From Proteromonas lacertae (lineage: Eukaryota), in the NCBI GenBank assembly GCA_002245135.1, contig NGBS01001205.1, forward strand, positions 1 through 64,000: 64,000 nucleotides of DNA, read 5' to 3'. The stretch's first letter is position 1. Each line of letters starts with the position of its first letter. Shown in pieces: positions 12,232 through 22,368 of the stretch. A program made the translations under genes and the position numbers. Below the pieces are notes generated by a model. The model saw nothing but the letters and a program-made list of their open reading frames with translations, ran no database searches and was not told the DNA's origin.

Positions 12232-12520
12232 TAATCAAAACTAATATGATATTCATGATGTTAGGAGTTAGTTATTTTAAAATATGTAGTTAGTTTGTCA
12301 TATGACCTATATTGTGATATACTCTTTTATGACTTGAATTTATTTTTTATTTTTTCTGTTATCTGTACCTTAAAATAGAAAATATACAAAAATTAGTTTA
12401 ATATTGAGTATAATGAAGTTCATTAAAAAGTATATCACAGATATAAGTGATATGACAAACTAACTATTTAGAAATATCATATTAGTATTGGTTGAATCAT
12501 TCTGAAATATAGAAGCCATA
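12232..12520. mobile_element. Internally deleted family A relic directly upstream of glycan island 1
   Basis: AATCAAAACTAATATGATATTCATGATG arm and the inverse ATATCATATTAGT...GAATCATTCTG arm. Confidence 0.7.
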
Positions 12521-12565
12521 CAGGTTTCATACTCACACAACATATGATATTTTAATATTCTTATT

Positions 12566-13432
12566 ATGTTGATAAAAATTGTTATTATTTTTAATATTTT
12601 GATTATAATTATATTTTTGATTAATTATTATAAAATAAAGAATAATGAAAACACCTTTAATTCTTTAATTTGTGATTCATATTATATTTTAAATAGGAAA
12701 TATTTTGACACAATTAATAAGAACATATTCAATGATAATGATATTAGAAGACAATTATTTTCTAACTTTAAAAATGTATATCCTTCTATTAAAAATACGG
12801 ATATTATATTAGATATTGGATCAAATATTGGTGATGTAACTGAGATATTTCACAGTTATTATCCTAATAATAGAATAATATTAGCAGAACCATTAGATTA
12901 CAATTGCGAAGTAACCAAAACTAGATTTAATGAAATTAATAATATAATTATTGTTAATACAGCTATTGGTTTGAAAAGAAATCCTATTATGTGGAAATAT
13001 GATAAATCAACTAATTGGATGTATATTACGAGAAATTTATTAGTATCAAATGTAAGTTTCATGATGTTAGATGAACTATATGAAGTGTATGGAAAGAATG
13101 GAAATGTATTTTTCCTTAAAATTGATGTTGAAGGATATGAAGATGAAGTTTTATTTTCCAGCAAAAGATTATTATTTTACTCTATTATTAAAATTTTATA
13201 TTTAGAGTATCATTGTACCTGTAAAACTAAATCATCATCATTAATTTTATACTTAGAACAACTACGTTATAATTGTTACTTAGTAGGTAAGAATAAAGTT
13301 ATAAAAATAACATTAGGTTGTTTATTTGACATAAATATTCATAAACTATCACATATTCTGTGCTTTAACAGGCAATTCATTAATGAAAATGCTTTTATTA
13401 ATAGTTATAATATAAACAATAGAAGAAAATAA
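12566..13432 (+). CDS. FkbM-family SAM methyltransferase with N-terminal membrane anchor
   Basis: ILDIGSNIG, AEP, FLKIDVEGYE; hydrophobic N-terminus; intronless. Confidence 0.88.
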   Translation: MLIKIVIIFNILIIIIFLINYYKIKNNENTFNSLICDSYYILNRKYFDTINKNIFNDNDIRRQLFSNFKNVYPSIKNTDIILDIGSNIGDVTEIFHSYYPNNRIILAEPLDYNCEVTKTRFNEINNIIIVNTAIGLKRNPIMWKYDKSTNWMYITRNLLVSNVSFMMLDELYEVYGKNGNVFFLKIDVEGYEDEVLFSSKRLLFYSIIKILYLEYHCTCKTKSSSLILYLEQLRYNCYLVGKNKVIKITLGCLFDINIHKLSHILCFNRQFINENAFINSYNINNRRK

Positions 13433-14586
13433 ATCATAGTATTATACAATTACATTTCTATTTTCTTTTTCTATTTGTTTTTGCAAATTTTATATACTAT
13501 TCCTATTCATATGATAAAATATTATTAGAGAAATCTCTTACATGTAATTATTATCATTCTTCTAATATCAATCACAAAATATATGTGTATTTTGCAAATG
13601 TTTTATCTGACAAATTAATATTAATAGGTGTTTCTAATCCATTCAGAAAATACAATCTTTCATGCGAATTATATTATTTAACTCATTTTTATAAATGTTA
13701 TATTATTATTAAGAAATTATATAATATATATAGAAACTTTACTCTTACTTATATAGCATTATATATTAAATATACTAAAAATAAAGGTGTTCCATCTTAT
13801 GTTAAAATAAATAACAGTCTAATTCCTATTCTTGTTAAGATACCAACCAAAATATATAATATAATTTTGGCAATTACAAATTTATACAGTATTACTAATT
13901 ATAAACAAGTTATAGATGTTATAGAACTATCAAAAATTTATGGAGTGGATCATATAGTGATTTATGTAACATCCTCATCAGTATTTATAAAATCTATTCT
14001 ATATTACTACTTCAAAATTAAATATGTCGAATTAATTCCTTTTTGTTTTAACAAAGAAATAGAACATGTTCAAGGAAAAGGGCAGATTGAAAAAATAAAT
14101 AATGTATTGTTTACTTATATGAATTCTACGAAATATATAATTTTTTCTGATATGGATGAAATAATTATACCAGCTAAAGGTGGGAATTATCTTTCATTAA
14201 TTAAAAATGCTGACAATTATTCTAGTGATATGTATATATTTAAATCAAAACTATTTCCTTTTAAAATAAATAATATTGATTCTATAACTAATCACTACAA
14301 AAGTTGTTTTGTTGAGAAGTTATACAAAAAGTATATTGTAGCTAACCTTTATAAATTTTCTATCTTGTCTGTTCATACTTATCTTCAGTCTAATACACAT
14401 ATTAATATTAATGAAATAAACGAATCTGATGGTTTTGTAAGACATACAAGGTTAAATGGATGGATGTGTAAAGCTAATTTAATTGATAAATCATTACAAT
14501 TATATTCTAATTATTTAACCAAAATATACACAAGATTTAAACAAAATTTCATATATAGCAACGACTTCTATTTTTATGGTAAATAG
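13423..14586 (+). CDS. GT92/DUF23-like glycosyltransferase; frame open from 13423 with no in-frame ATG before the anchor
   Basis: GVDHIVIY, GQIEKIN, IIFSDMDEII, VH, RHTR; paralog of 22365-23579. Confidence 0.78.
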   Translation, partial: KKINHSIIQLHFYFLFLFVFANFIYYSYSYDKILLEKSLTCNYYHSSNINHKIYVYFANVLSDKLILIGVSNPFRKYNLSCELYYLTHFYKCYIIIKKLYNIYRNFTLTYIALYIKYTKNKGVPSYVKINNSLIPILVKIPTKIYNIILAITNLYSITNYKQVIDVIELSKIYGVDHIVIYVTSSSVFIKSILYYYFKIKYVELIPFCFNKEIEHVQGKGQIEKINNVLFTYMNSTKYIIFSDMDEIIIPAKGGNYLSLIKNADNYSSDMYIFKSKLFPFKINNIDSITNHYKSCFVEKLYKKYIVANLYKFSILSVHTYLQSNTHININEINESDGFVRHTRLNGWMCKANLIDKSLQLYSNYLTKIYTRFKQNFIYSNDFYFYGK

Positions 14587-14598
14587 TCAGACTTGTAG

Positions 14599-15459
14599 TT
14601 AGAATTTCAAAGCATGATATAATTTATTTTTTGTTACAAGGTTTGTTGATATATTTAACCATTCTATTCTATTAATTCGAGTATTGGGCATACATTTATA
14701 CCCTATATCTTTATCTTCAAATAATGCAATTGATAAATTGTAAAATACAGCACATTCTACAAGAACTGATTCATTATATGTATGTCTATTTAGCTTCATA
14801 TTCATTTTCAGATGACGTACAAAATTATTTGACCATCTACTGATAAATGTAGAACAACCATATCTAAAATTATATGGATTAATTGAATTTTTCCATATTT
14901 TATATTCATTAGTATAGCAATTAAACCACAACCATTTTTTGCTTTTCATAACACACATCTTTAAGGCAATTAAATCAACATCATATCTCATATCATATTT
15001 TTTAATGAACTTATTGAAATGTCCAGAATATGATAAATCCTGTTCTATAATCCATAAATATTTGTATTTTAGTTTGGTGGAAATAATCCACATCATTACA
15101 TGTTCAAATGGCATTGCCCACATATAAAATGATTTCTTTCTGTTGTAGCAATAACCTTTCATATTATAAATTGAGGAAAATGTTTGTAACATTTTTGTAG
15201 ATGTTATACATGATACAGTGATATTTTCTATATATAAACTACATTTATCTGTCAAAATTGTTACAAAATATTTCGTTGGAAATAGACTTTTCCATTCTTT
15301 ATATCTCTCTATCTGATAGTGTGTAGGAGATGAAGCATGAATTAAAATTACTGATTTGTATTGTACAGGTTTTGAAATATCATTGAATATGCATATAATA
15401 TATATCAAAAATATAGTGAATAAGAATGAAGTAAAATTATAGATGATTATTTTTACAAT
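14599..15459 (-). CDS. Putative GT-A fold glycosyltransferase-like type II membrane protein; no in-frame ATG before the anchor
   Basis: Intact ORF with YLWIIEQDLSYSG, VDLI, ISRWS and LYHALKF; N-terminal hydrophobic stretch; island context. Confidence 0.55.
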   Translation of the reverse strand: MVKIIIYNFTSFLFTIFLIYIICIFNDISKPVQYKSVILIHASSPTHYQIERYKEWKSLFPTKYFVTILTDKCSLYIENITVSCITSTKMLQTFSSIYNMKGYCYNRKKSFYMWAMPFEHVMMWIISTKLKYKYLWIIEQDLSYSGHFNKFIKKYDMRYDVDLIALKMCVMKSKKWLWFNCYTNEYKIWKNSINPYNFRYGCSTFISRWSNNFVRHLKMNMKLNRHTYNESVLVECAVFYNLSIALFEDKDIGYKCMPNTRINRIEWLNISTNLVTKNKLYHALKF

Positions 15460-15475
15460 TTATTGTTGTAATTAG

Positions 15476-17260
15476 ATGTATAGAGAAGATATAAATAATT
15501 TAAGAGGATTTTCAATTGTTATTGTTTTATTATATCATTTTTATCCTCATGTTTTTTTTGGTGGTTTTATCGGAGTGGATATATTATTCTGTATATCCGG
15601 ATATTTAATTGATTATTCGTTAAAAAGACAAAAGAATAAATCAATAATTTCATTTTATTCAAATAGAATAAAAAGGATTATACCATCACAAAGTATAGTA
15701 TTGCTAGGAATAATATGTTGTTATATAAATGTTAATCCTATCGATTTTAGAAATCTATGCTACGAAAGCAAAATGAGTTTAATTTTTAATTTAAATAATT
15801 ACTATCAATGGAAAAATTTAGATTATTTATCAAAGGATCAAGGAAATTTTGACACACCATTATTACATTTTTGGACATTATCTGTGGAGTTTCAATTCTA
15901 TATTACAGCTCCTATACTTTCATACTTAATCTATAACAGTAATGAAATTATAAATTTATGCTATATTATTTCGATTCTTTGCTATAGTTGTTTTTATACA
16001 ATTTTACAGTATAAAAATTCATACTTTTCGTCATTTATAAGGTTATTAGATTTTATGATTGGTATTATAGCAACACAAAATAGTAATTGGATAAATAAAT
16101 ATATAAAACTAACATCATTATTATTGATTATTGGTTTTTCTCTAACAAATGTTCTTATTAAATATTATCCTGGACTTATTATATTATTACCTCTAATCTT
16201 TTCATATTCTTATTTATCCTCTTCTAATAACAATAATTTGTTAAATTTATATGTCTTTAGTTATGTAGGAAGTATATCATTTTCATTATACCTTGTTCAT
16301 TATCCTTTCATTCATAATTGTCACACTGAGTTAAGCTTATTTTATTCTATAATTATATCTATAATATTATATGAATTGATTGAAAAAAGATCAAGATATG
16401 TAAATATGAATAGTGGTATAATTATAGTATGTTACATTTTCTTTGTAATGCTTTATTATAACTTTATTAATATAATTCTTTATTACAAATTAAAACCAGT
16501 CTATATGTTTAACAGCGTTTGGAAATATAATAACAAATTTATAATAGAATGTATATTAACAAATAATAACATTAAAGCAAACAAATTTCAGTCTTATATT
16601 TTATTTCTGGGAGATTCACACATGCAACATTTTTTACCTGCAATTAATTTCTTTCTTCAAAACAATAATATTACCGCTTTAGGAATTTATTTCTGGGTTA
16701 ATAGGATTATAAATAATGATTATGTATTTCTAAAGTCTGTTTTTAAGATAATATCATCACCTTTATTAATTTTAATGTCATTTAGATTATCAAATTTTAC
16801 GTATATAACAAATATTACTTTATTTAATATCATATTTATTCAGTTCATATCTTTTTTAAAAGGTTATTGTAGTTATATACTGCTGTTAGATGAAACACCA
16901 TATCATTATTACAATCCTCAAAAATTGTATTATAGCAAAAAAGAATCACATTGCATTATTAACAAAAATTGTAGTGTTATTGACTATATCGATTTAGATA
17001 AAATTGTTGAGCTAATAAAGATTAGATCTTTATTTTGTAAAAACAATTATTGCCCTGATGTTATAAATAATACATTAGTGTATTATGATAAAAGTCATAT
17101 TACTTTAGAATTTTCATTAACAACAACACATTATTTCTACAATGTATTGAAGAAATATTTATTGAATACAACATCAAAATATTTATATTCAGAGTGTGTT
17201 ATATCACAACAGAAATGGTATTATTTATTTATGAGTAAATGGAAATCTATAATTCAATAA
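15476..17260 (+). CDS. Acyltransferase-3 + SGNH O-acetyltransferase (OafA/OatA-like)
   Basis: REDINNLRG, YH, GGFIGVDILFCISGY, PLLHFWTLSVEFQFY, SFSLYLVHYP, GDSH, DKSH. Confidence 0.92.
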   Translation: MYREDINNLRGFSIVIVLLYHFYPHVFFGGFIGVDILFCISGYLIDYSLKRQKNKSIISFYSNRIKRIIPSQSIVLLGIICCYINVNPIDFRNLCYESKMSLIFNLNNYYQWKNLDYLSKDQGNFDTPLLHFWTLSVEFQFYITAPILSYLIYNSNEIINLCYIISILCYSCFYTILQYKNSYFSSFIRLLDFMIGIIATQNSNWINKYIKLTSLLLIIGFSLTNVLIKYYPGLIILLPLIFSYSYLSSSNNNNLLNLYVFSYVGSISFSLYLVHYPFIHNCHTELSLFYSIIISIILYELIEKRSRYVNMNSGIIIVCYIFFVMLYYNFINIILYYKLKPVYMFNSVWKYNNKFIIECILTNNNIKANKFQSYILFLGDSHMQHFLPAINFFLQNNNITALGIYFWVNRIINNDYVFLKSVFKIISSPLLILMSFRLSNFTYITNITLFNIIFIQFISFLKGYCSYILLLDETPYHYYNPQKLYYSKKESHCIINKNCSVIDYIDLDKIVELIKIRSLFCKNNYCPDVINNTLVYYDKSHITLEFSLTTTHYFYNVLKKYLLNTTSKYLYSECVISQQKWYYLFMSKWKSIIQ

Positions 17261-17282
17261 TAATTGATTATTATTATTTGAT

Positions 17283-18353
17283 TTGGGTTTAAGTATTTTA
17301 TCAAAATTTATATTTATATTATACTTAGTTGTTTTATTTTATATAATTCTATTATTTAACTACTTCTATAATAGTAATGAATTAATACTGCTAGAAACGC
17401 ACAGAATTATCAAGTCAATTATATCCAAACAGATTTATAACAAAATATTTATAAATGGTAAAATTATATTCAAAGGAAAGAAACTTGAGTATGATAATTT
17501 AATATATCGTTATGCATATGTAAGTTTTGTATCAGGAGAGAGTTATTTTAAATTAATAAATTCAACAATATATTCAGTTCATTTATTTTCTGATTATCCG
17601 ATAATATTATATGTTTCAGGAAATATATCAAAAGAAATGATTAGCATATTCAATAGTTATGATAAGTTGTTAGTTTATTCAATTGAATCAGAAGAGATAA
17701 ATGTATATTTTATGAAATTAAGAGTATCACTGATAGCTCCTGTATTGGTAGGACAAATTATAGAATCTGATACTATAGTGCTTCCAGGAGCTGATTGCTT
17801 GTTTAAGAGAATTGAAGAAGAAATTACAGATAAATACCCATTTCCCATGATGCCTAGGCATAATGATATAAGAGGAGTTAAAAAAGGGAATGGTACATTT
17901 AATCCGCTTGATTATCCAATGAGTAATAGATCAATGAGATATATGCATGCTCATATGTCTTGGACTTATAATTCATTGCCATTCATTGCAAAAGTATACA
18001 TGAAATCGTATATGTTAAAATATAGTAGTGATGAATATGCCCTAAATGTTAATTTATGGGAATCTAAAGCAAATAAACAGTGGTGTAGGTTTGATCCTTT
18101 TTATTCTGTTATAGATATATCATCTAGAAGTAAAACATTTAAAAAGTATGTTGATAATAATATTTTCTTTAATTTTTTGCATGGATGTAAATCACAAGCT
18201 ATACAAAATAAGTTATTGTATAAACTTAAAATTACAAAAATAAAAAGATTTAAGATAATATACTCTATGAATTATTCAATTCACTTTTCTGATTCTTGTA
18301 GTATAAATGAAGATGTAAAGAATTATTTTGTTTCACAACAATGTTTAATATAA
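17283..18353 (+). CDS. Putative glycosyltransferase (GT-A-like), TTG start only
   Basis: N-terminal TM, SVHLFSDYPIILY, IESDTIV (DxD-like), SDEYALNVNLW, FLHGCK. Confidence 0.55.
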   Translation: MGLSILSKFIFILYLVVLFYIILLFNYFYNSNELILLETHRIIKSIISKQIYNKIFINGKIIFKGKKLEYDNLIYRYAYVSFVSGESYFKLINSTIYSVHLFSDYPIILYVSGNISKEMISIFNSYDKLLVYSIESEEINVYFMKLRVSLIAPVLVGQIIESDTIVLPGADCLFKRIEEEITDKYPFPMMPRHNDIRGVKKGNGTFNPLDYPMSNRSMRYMHAHMSWTYNSLPFIAKVYMKSYMLKYSSDEYALNVNLWESKANKQWCRFDPFYSVIDISSRSKTFKKYVDNNIFFNFLHGCKSQAIQNKLLYKLKITKIKRFKIIYSMNYSIHFSDSCSINEDVKNYFVSQQCLI

Positions 18354-18369
18354 TATATAATTTATGATG

Positions 18370-19308
18370 TCATATACAATAAAAATTATCAATTAGCGAA
18401 TGAATTTCAATTGCAATTATATTCGTTATAATTCTGCATTCTTTACTACTAGTTCTTAAATCAATTTTGTTGGGAAAGTGATTCACTTTTATTCCTGAGA
18501 TATTACATAATATACCCAAATTCACATCTTCTTTCCATACATATTTTTGTTTATATTGTGTAACATTATACAATAATTTAAGTGACTTTTTAGTAATTAC
18601 AATTAATCCTCCATAAACATAACAAGGAGCATATTCATAAGGGTATTCAAAATATGGTATATAATTTTTACTTATTTTATTTCTATTTGGTTTAAACTTT
18701 CCATCATAATGACCATATATATATTCCTGGTTAGGATTAACATTTCTTATTAAATCATTTAATAATCTATAATTTATAAGCATATCATCATCTGTTTTTA
18801 TATATACATTTATATTTTTGAAGTATTTATTACAATATTTTAATGCCATAATTGAAAGAAGAGTTAAATTCAGATAACTATTATGAAATGAAAACTGGAC
18901 AATATCTTTAAATATTGATGATTCTCTTTTTAATAGCATTTCATTTACATATTCAGAATATGCAATAAAAAATATAATAATACTATTTTTATTTCTATTT
19001 TGTTTGTAAAACCTATATCTAAATGAATACCTTTTTCTGAAATTATTAGGAGAAGATAATACTCCAATAACATAATTAATTTCATCCTGACCTTTCTTTG
19101 AATTTATTAATACATTAAAATTTATAGTATTAGGCATTTTCAAATCACTATCATGATAAGGAGGGAAGTATTTTGTTTCTCTGTTAATCAGTGAATAGTT
19201 ATTATTATATTCCTTAAGCCTACAATAAAAATAGACAAATTTATTAAAAAAAGGGTAATAAGTAATTAATACCATACATAGAATAAACAATATAACTAGA
19301 TATATCAT
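18370..19308 (-). CDS. GT31 beta-1,3-galactosyltransferase-like
   Basis: NSYLNLTLLS, IKTDDD, YAPCYVYGG, WKEDVNLG. Confidence 0.9.
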   Translation of the reverse strand: MIYLVILFILCMVLITYYPFFNKFVYFYCRLKEYNNNYSLINRETKYFPPYHDSDLKMPNTINFNVLINSKKGQDEINYVIGVLSSPNNFRKRYSFRYRFYKQNRNKNSIIIFFIAYSEYVNEMLLKRESSIFKDIVQFSFHNSYLNLTLLSIMALKYCNKYFKNINVYIKTDDDMLINYRLLNDLIRNVNPNQEYIYGHYDGKFKPNRNKISKNYIPYFEYPYEYAPCYVYGGLIVITKKSLKLLYNVTQYKQKYVWKEDVNLGILCNISGIKVNHFPNKIDLRTSSKECRIITNIIAIEIHSLIDNFYCI

Positions 19309-20028
19309 CTATATTTTTATTAATTTAGAATTATTCTTGTTTGGATGAATTATTTTGTTGCATATTACTTCACCACTACCTCCTTTATTTGGTATTTTAT
19401 AATTTCTTCCGTATAGTTTAATCAAATATTCTAATGAATTTTCGTTACAATATGTAATATATTCAGTAAATTTGCATTTACATAACTGAATATCAGAATA
19501 GACATATTCATTACCAAGTAATACCCACACATCTAAAAATAAATCCTCTGATCCTAACATCGCACAACTAGTATATCCATATCTACCCCAGTTTGTACAT
19601 CTATAATCAATGCTTTTATTCATTATAACATTTATATATTTCATCAGCATCATTAAAAAGTCATATCTTGTTTTCTTACAAAGTAAATATGACGGATTTG
19701 TATAAATTTTACATTTATTTATTTTATAATTTATGTAATATTTACATTTGAATATATGATAATTCATCCATATTGGAATTAGGATATCAACATCATGATC
19801 TTTTCTTATTAATCCGTTTTCTCTAAAACTGCCTAACTCTGAACCAAAACCAAGAAAATAATTTATCTTTAATCTATTGATGAAACTAAAATAAGTCTTA
19901 ATTTTATCGCTTCTTTTTATATCATATTTATTTGTGCTATTTTTGCTAAACCATCTACACCACCTTATTTTCTTATTAGCTTTCAACTTAGTACAAAATA
20001 AAATTAATGATATAATTATTAATATCAA
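19309..20028 (-). CDS. LicD/fukutin-family nucleotidyltransferase-fold phosphotransferase; frame open to 20073, no ATG before the anchor
   Basis: YFLGFGSELGSFRENGLIRKDHDVDI, FLDVW, YLIKLYG. Confidence 0.85.
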   Translation of the reverse strand: MILIIISLILFCTKLKANKKIRWCRWFSKNSTNKYDIKRSDKIKTYFSFINRLKINYFLGFGSELGSFRENGLIRKDHDVDILIPIWMNYHIFKCKYYINYKINKCKIYTNPSYLLCKKTRYDFLMMLMKYINVIMNKSIDYRCTNWGRYGYTSCAMLGSEDLFLDVWVLLGNEYVYSDIQLCKCKFTEYITYCNENSLEYLIKLYGRNYKIPNKGGSGEVICNKIIHPNKNNSKLIKI

Positions 20029-20526
20029 AACTATATATTTAACTATATTAAGAAATGATAATATATACTTGTATTATGTTTTTAGATAAAATTTAAAACC
20101 ACATTGAAACAACATTATGGATAGATGGAGGATGTGTTTCTTTTAATTATGTGAAATATTAACACTATTAATTATGTGACAGCTATTGTTAGGTAACATG
20201 AAGATATGTTTTTTGGAAGATTGGCAAGAAAAGTAGAGTTCAAATTTATTAATACTAAATTAACCTTCAACTTCAACACATTTCTAGAAATACCCAATAC
20301 TAAATTTGATGGAAAGAAAATATATATGATCCACCATTTGAGAATTTTAGTAATAGCATTTTTGCATTTGAATTGTAGCAATAGAAAATATATTCTTTGA
20401 TTTGCAACTATTATTACACTCAGTTATTTTCTAATGTGTATTATCCTTATTATTAAATTGGGTATTTATAGTCAAAATATTGATTTTTGCACATAAAAAC
20501 GAAATAAAAAAGTTTGGATATAAGAA

Positions 20527-21360
20527 ATGATAAAATGTTCAAAAATTGAATTAGTATTTTTCATTAGTATTTTTATATTCATTATAAGTAATTCATTATA
20601 CTTGGATATTAATAACTCATTTAAATATGTGTTGGTAACAGGTGCATCTTCAAATCATGAACTATCCATTGCAAAATTTTCATACTTTGTTTTTATGCAT
20701 AACAGAAACATTTATATTCTTATATGGGATTTAGGGTTTTCGAAGAAATTTAAAACTATAATGAAACTATTAATTTCTAATCATAAAAATATAGGATATA
20801 AATATTTTAATTATAGTAAATATCCTTCATTTTTTAACATTAATAATAATAAAGGAGAATATGCTTGGAAAGCTATAATAATAAATGAATCATACTATAC
20901 AATGAAAAGAACAATATTATGGTTAGATGCAGGATGTGTTGCTTTGAATTCGTTAAAAAAAGTATTCTGTGACATTGAAAAATATAACGTATGGTCTATA
21001 TATTCATGTGGAAATATAAGTATGTGGACTCATATTGGAATGATTAAATACTTCAATGTTACAACTGATATAACAAAAAGAAGATGTTGTGCAGGAGGAT
21101 TAGTAGGATTTAAATGGAATTCAAAATTATCAATAGATTTACTTAATGAATGGGTAGATTGTTCATATCATAAAGAATGTATAGCGCCTAAGGGTTCTAA
21201 CAGAATGAATCACAGACAAGATCAGAGTTCTTTATCAATATTATTATATAAATATAAAATATTTGAAACTTGTCCTAACAACATATATAATATAAAAACT
21301 AACTGTGATATACATAATTATAAAATAGCAATGAAGATGATAGAGTCTATCAAATTTTAA
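20527..21360 (+). CDS. DUF1647-family putative glycosyltransferase
   Basis: VTGASSNH, WDLG, YAWKAIII, LWLDAG, CIAPKGS..HRQDQSSLSILL. Confidence 0.85.
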   Translation: MIKCSKIELVFFISIFIFIISNSLYLDINNSFKYVLVTGASSNHELSIAKFSYFVFMHNRNIYILIWDLGFSKKFKTIMKLLISNHKNIGYKYFNYSKYPSFFNINNNKGEYAWKAIIINESYYTMKRTILWLDAGCVALNSLKKVFCDIEKYNVWSIYSCGNISMWTHIGMIKYFNVTTDITKRRCCAGGLVGFKWNSKLSIDLLNEWVDCSYHKECIAPKGSNRMNHRQDQSSLSILLYKYKIFETCPNNIYNIKTNCDIHNYKIAMKMIESIKF

Positions 21361-21399
21361 ATCCATAATTATATCACAAATATAGTTTGAGTAATATAA

Positions 21400-22368
21400 A
21401 TGAAAATAGATATTCATTTTATATTTGTTAGTTATATAATTATTACATTGTTAATAATATTATATAATTCTTTAGAAATATTGAAAGGAAGAAACCTTTA
21501 CTTGCATTATATTTCTAATAATATAATGAATAACACCAAGGTTGAGTGTGAAACAAAGCACTATATTATATTTAATGATGATTTATTAAGATTGTCAAAT
21601 ATAATAGAATACAGTGTATTAAACAATATTAATAATATTTTATATAGTCCAAAAATAGTAATAGGTGTATTATCATCTCCGCATAATTTCAAAAAAAGAT
21701 TTTCATTTAGGCATAACAGTAAGGAATTTTGTAAAGAAATAAATTCATGTATATTTATTTTCTTCACAGGTTATTCCAAGATTCAAAACAATTTCATCAA
21801 ACAGAAAGAAATTGACATATATGGTGATGTAGTACAATTTTCATATCTGAACAGTTATTTTAATTTGACTTTACTTTCAATCATGGCATTAAAATATTGT
21901 TACAGAAATTTCAATAATTTAGATTTCTATATTAAAACTGATGATGATATTCTAATAAATTACCCTGTTTTGTTTTTAACACTAAATAGAATTAATAAGT
22001 ATAGCAATAACATATATGGTCATTTTAATGGAAAATTCAAGGTAAATCGAAATAAAAAAAGTAAAGCATATATTCCTCATTTTCAATATCCACATAATTA
22101 TTGCCCAGAATATGTTTATGGAGGTTTAATAATTATAACTTATTCTTCTTTATGTATATTATATAATGCGACATTGTTTAAACAACAATATATATGGAAA
22201 GAAGACGTTAATCTAGGAGTATTGTGTAATAAATATAATGTTTCTGTATTACAGTTTTCCAACAGAGTTGATTTGAGTATTCAAAGGAATAATTGCAGAT
22301 TGAATGAAAAAAGTATTGCAGTTGAGATAAGTAATAAATTTGACAATTTCTATTGCTTAAAATTATGA
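21400..22368 (+). CDS. GT31 beta-1,3-galactosyltransferase-like (close paralog of 18370-19308)
   Basis: IGVLSSP.NF..R.SFR, NSYFNLTLLSIMALKYC, IKTDDD, WKEDVNLG are shared with the paralog. Confidence 0.9.
   Translation: MKIDIHFIFVSYIIITLLIILYNSLEILKGRNLYLHYISNNIMNNTKVECETKHYIIFNDDLLRLSNIIEYSVLNNINNILYSPKIVIGVLSSPHNFKKRFSFRHNSKEFCKEINSCIFIFFTGYSKIQNNFIKQKEIDIYGDVVQFSYLNSYFNLTLLSIMALKYCYRNFNNLDFYIKTDDDILINYPVLFLTLNRINKYSNNIYGHFNGKFKVNRNKKSKAYIPHFQYPHNYCPEYVYGGLIIITYSSLCILYNATLFKQQYIWKEDVNLGVLCNKYNVSVLQFSNRVDLSIQRNNCRLNEKSIAVEISNKFDNFYCLKL

Noticed and set aside
20100..20520. Short ORFs in the only large gap of island 1
   Set aside because: No similarity that I can recognise; may be a decayed gene or a divergent promoter.
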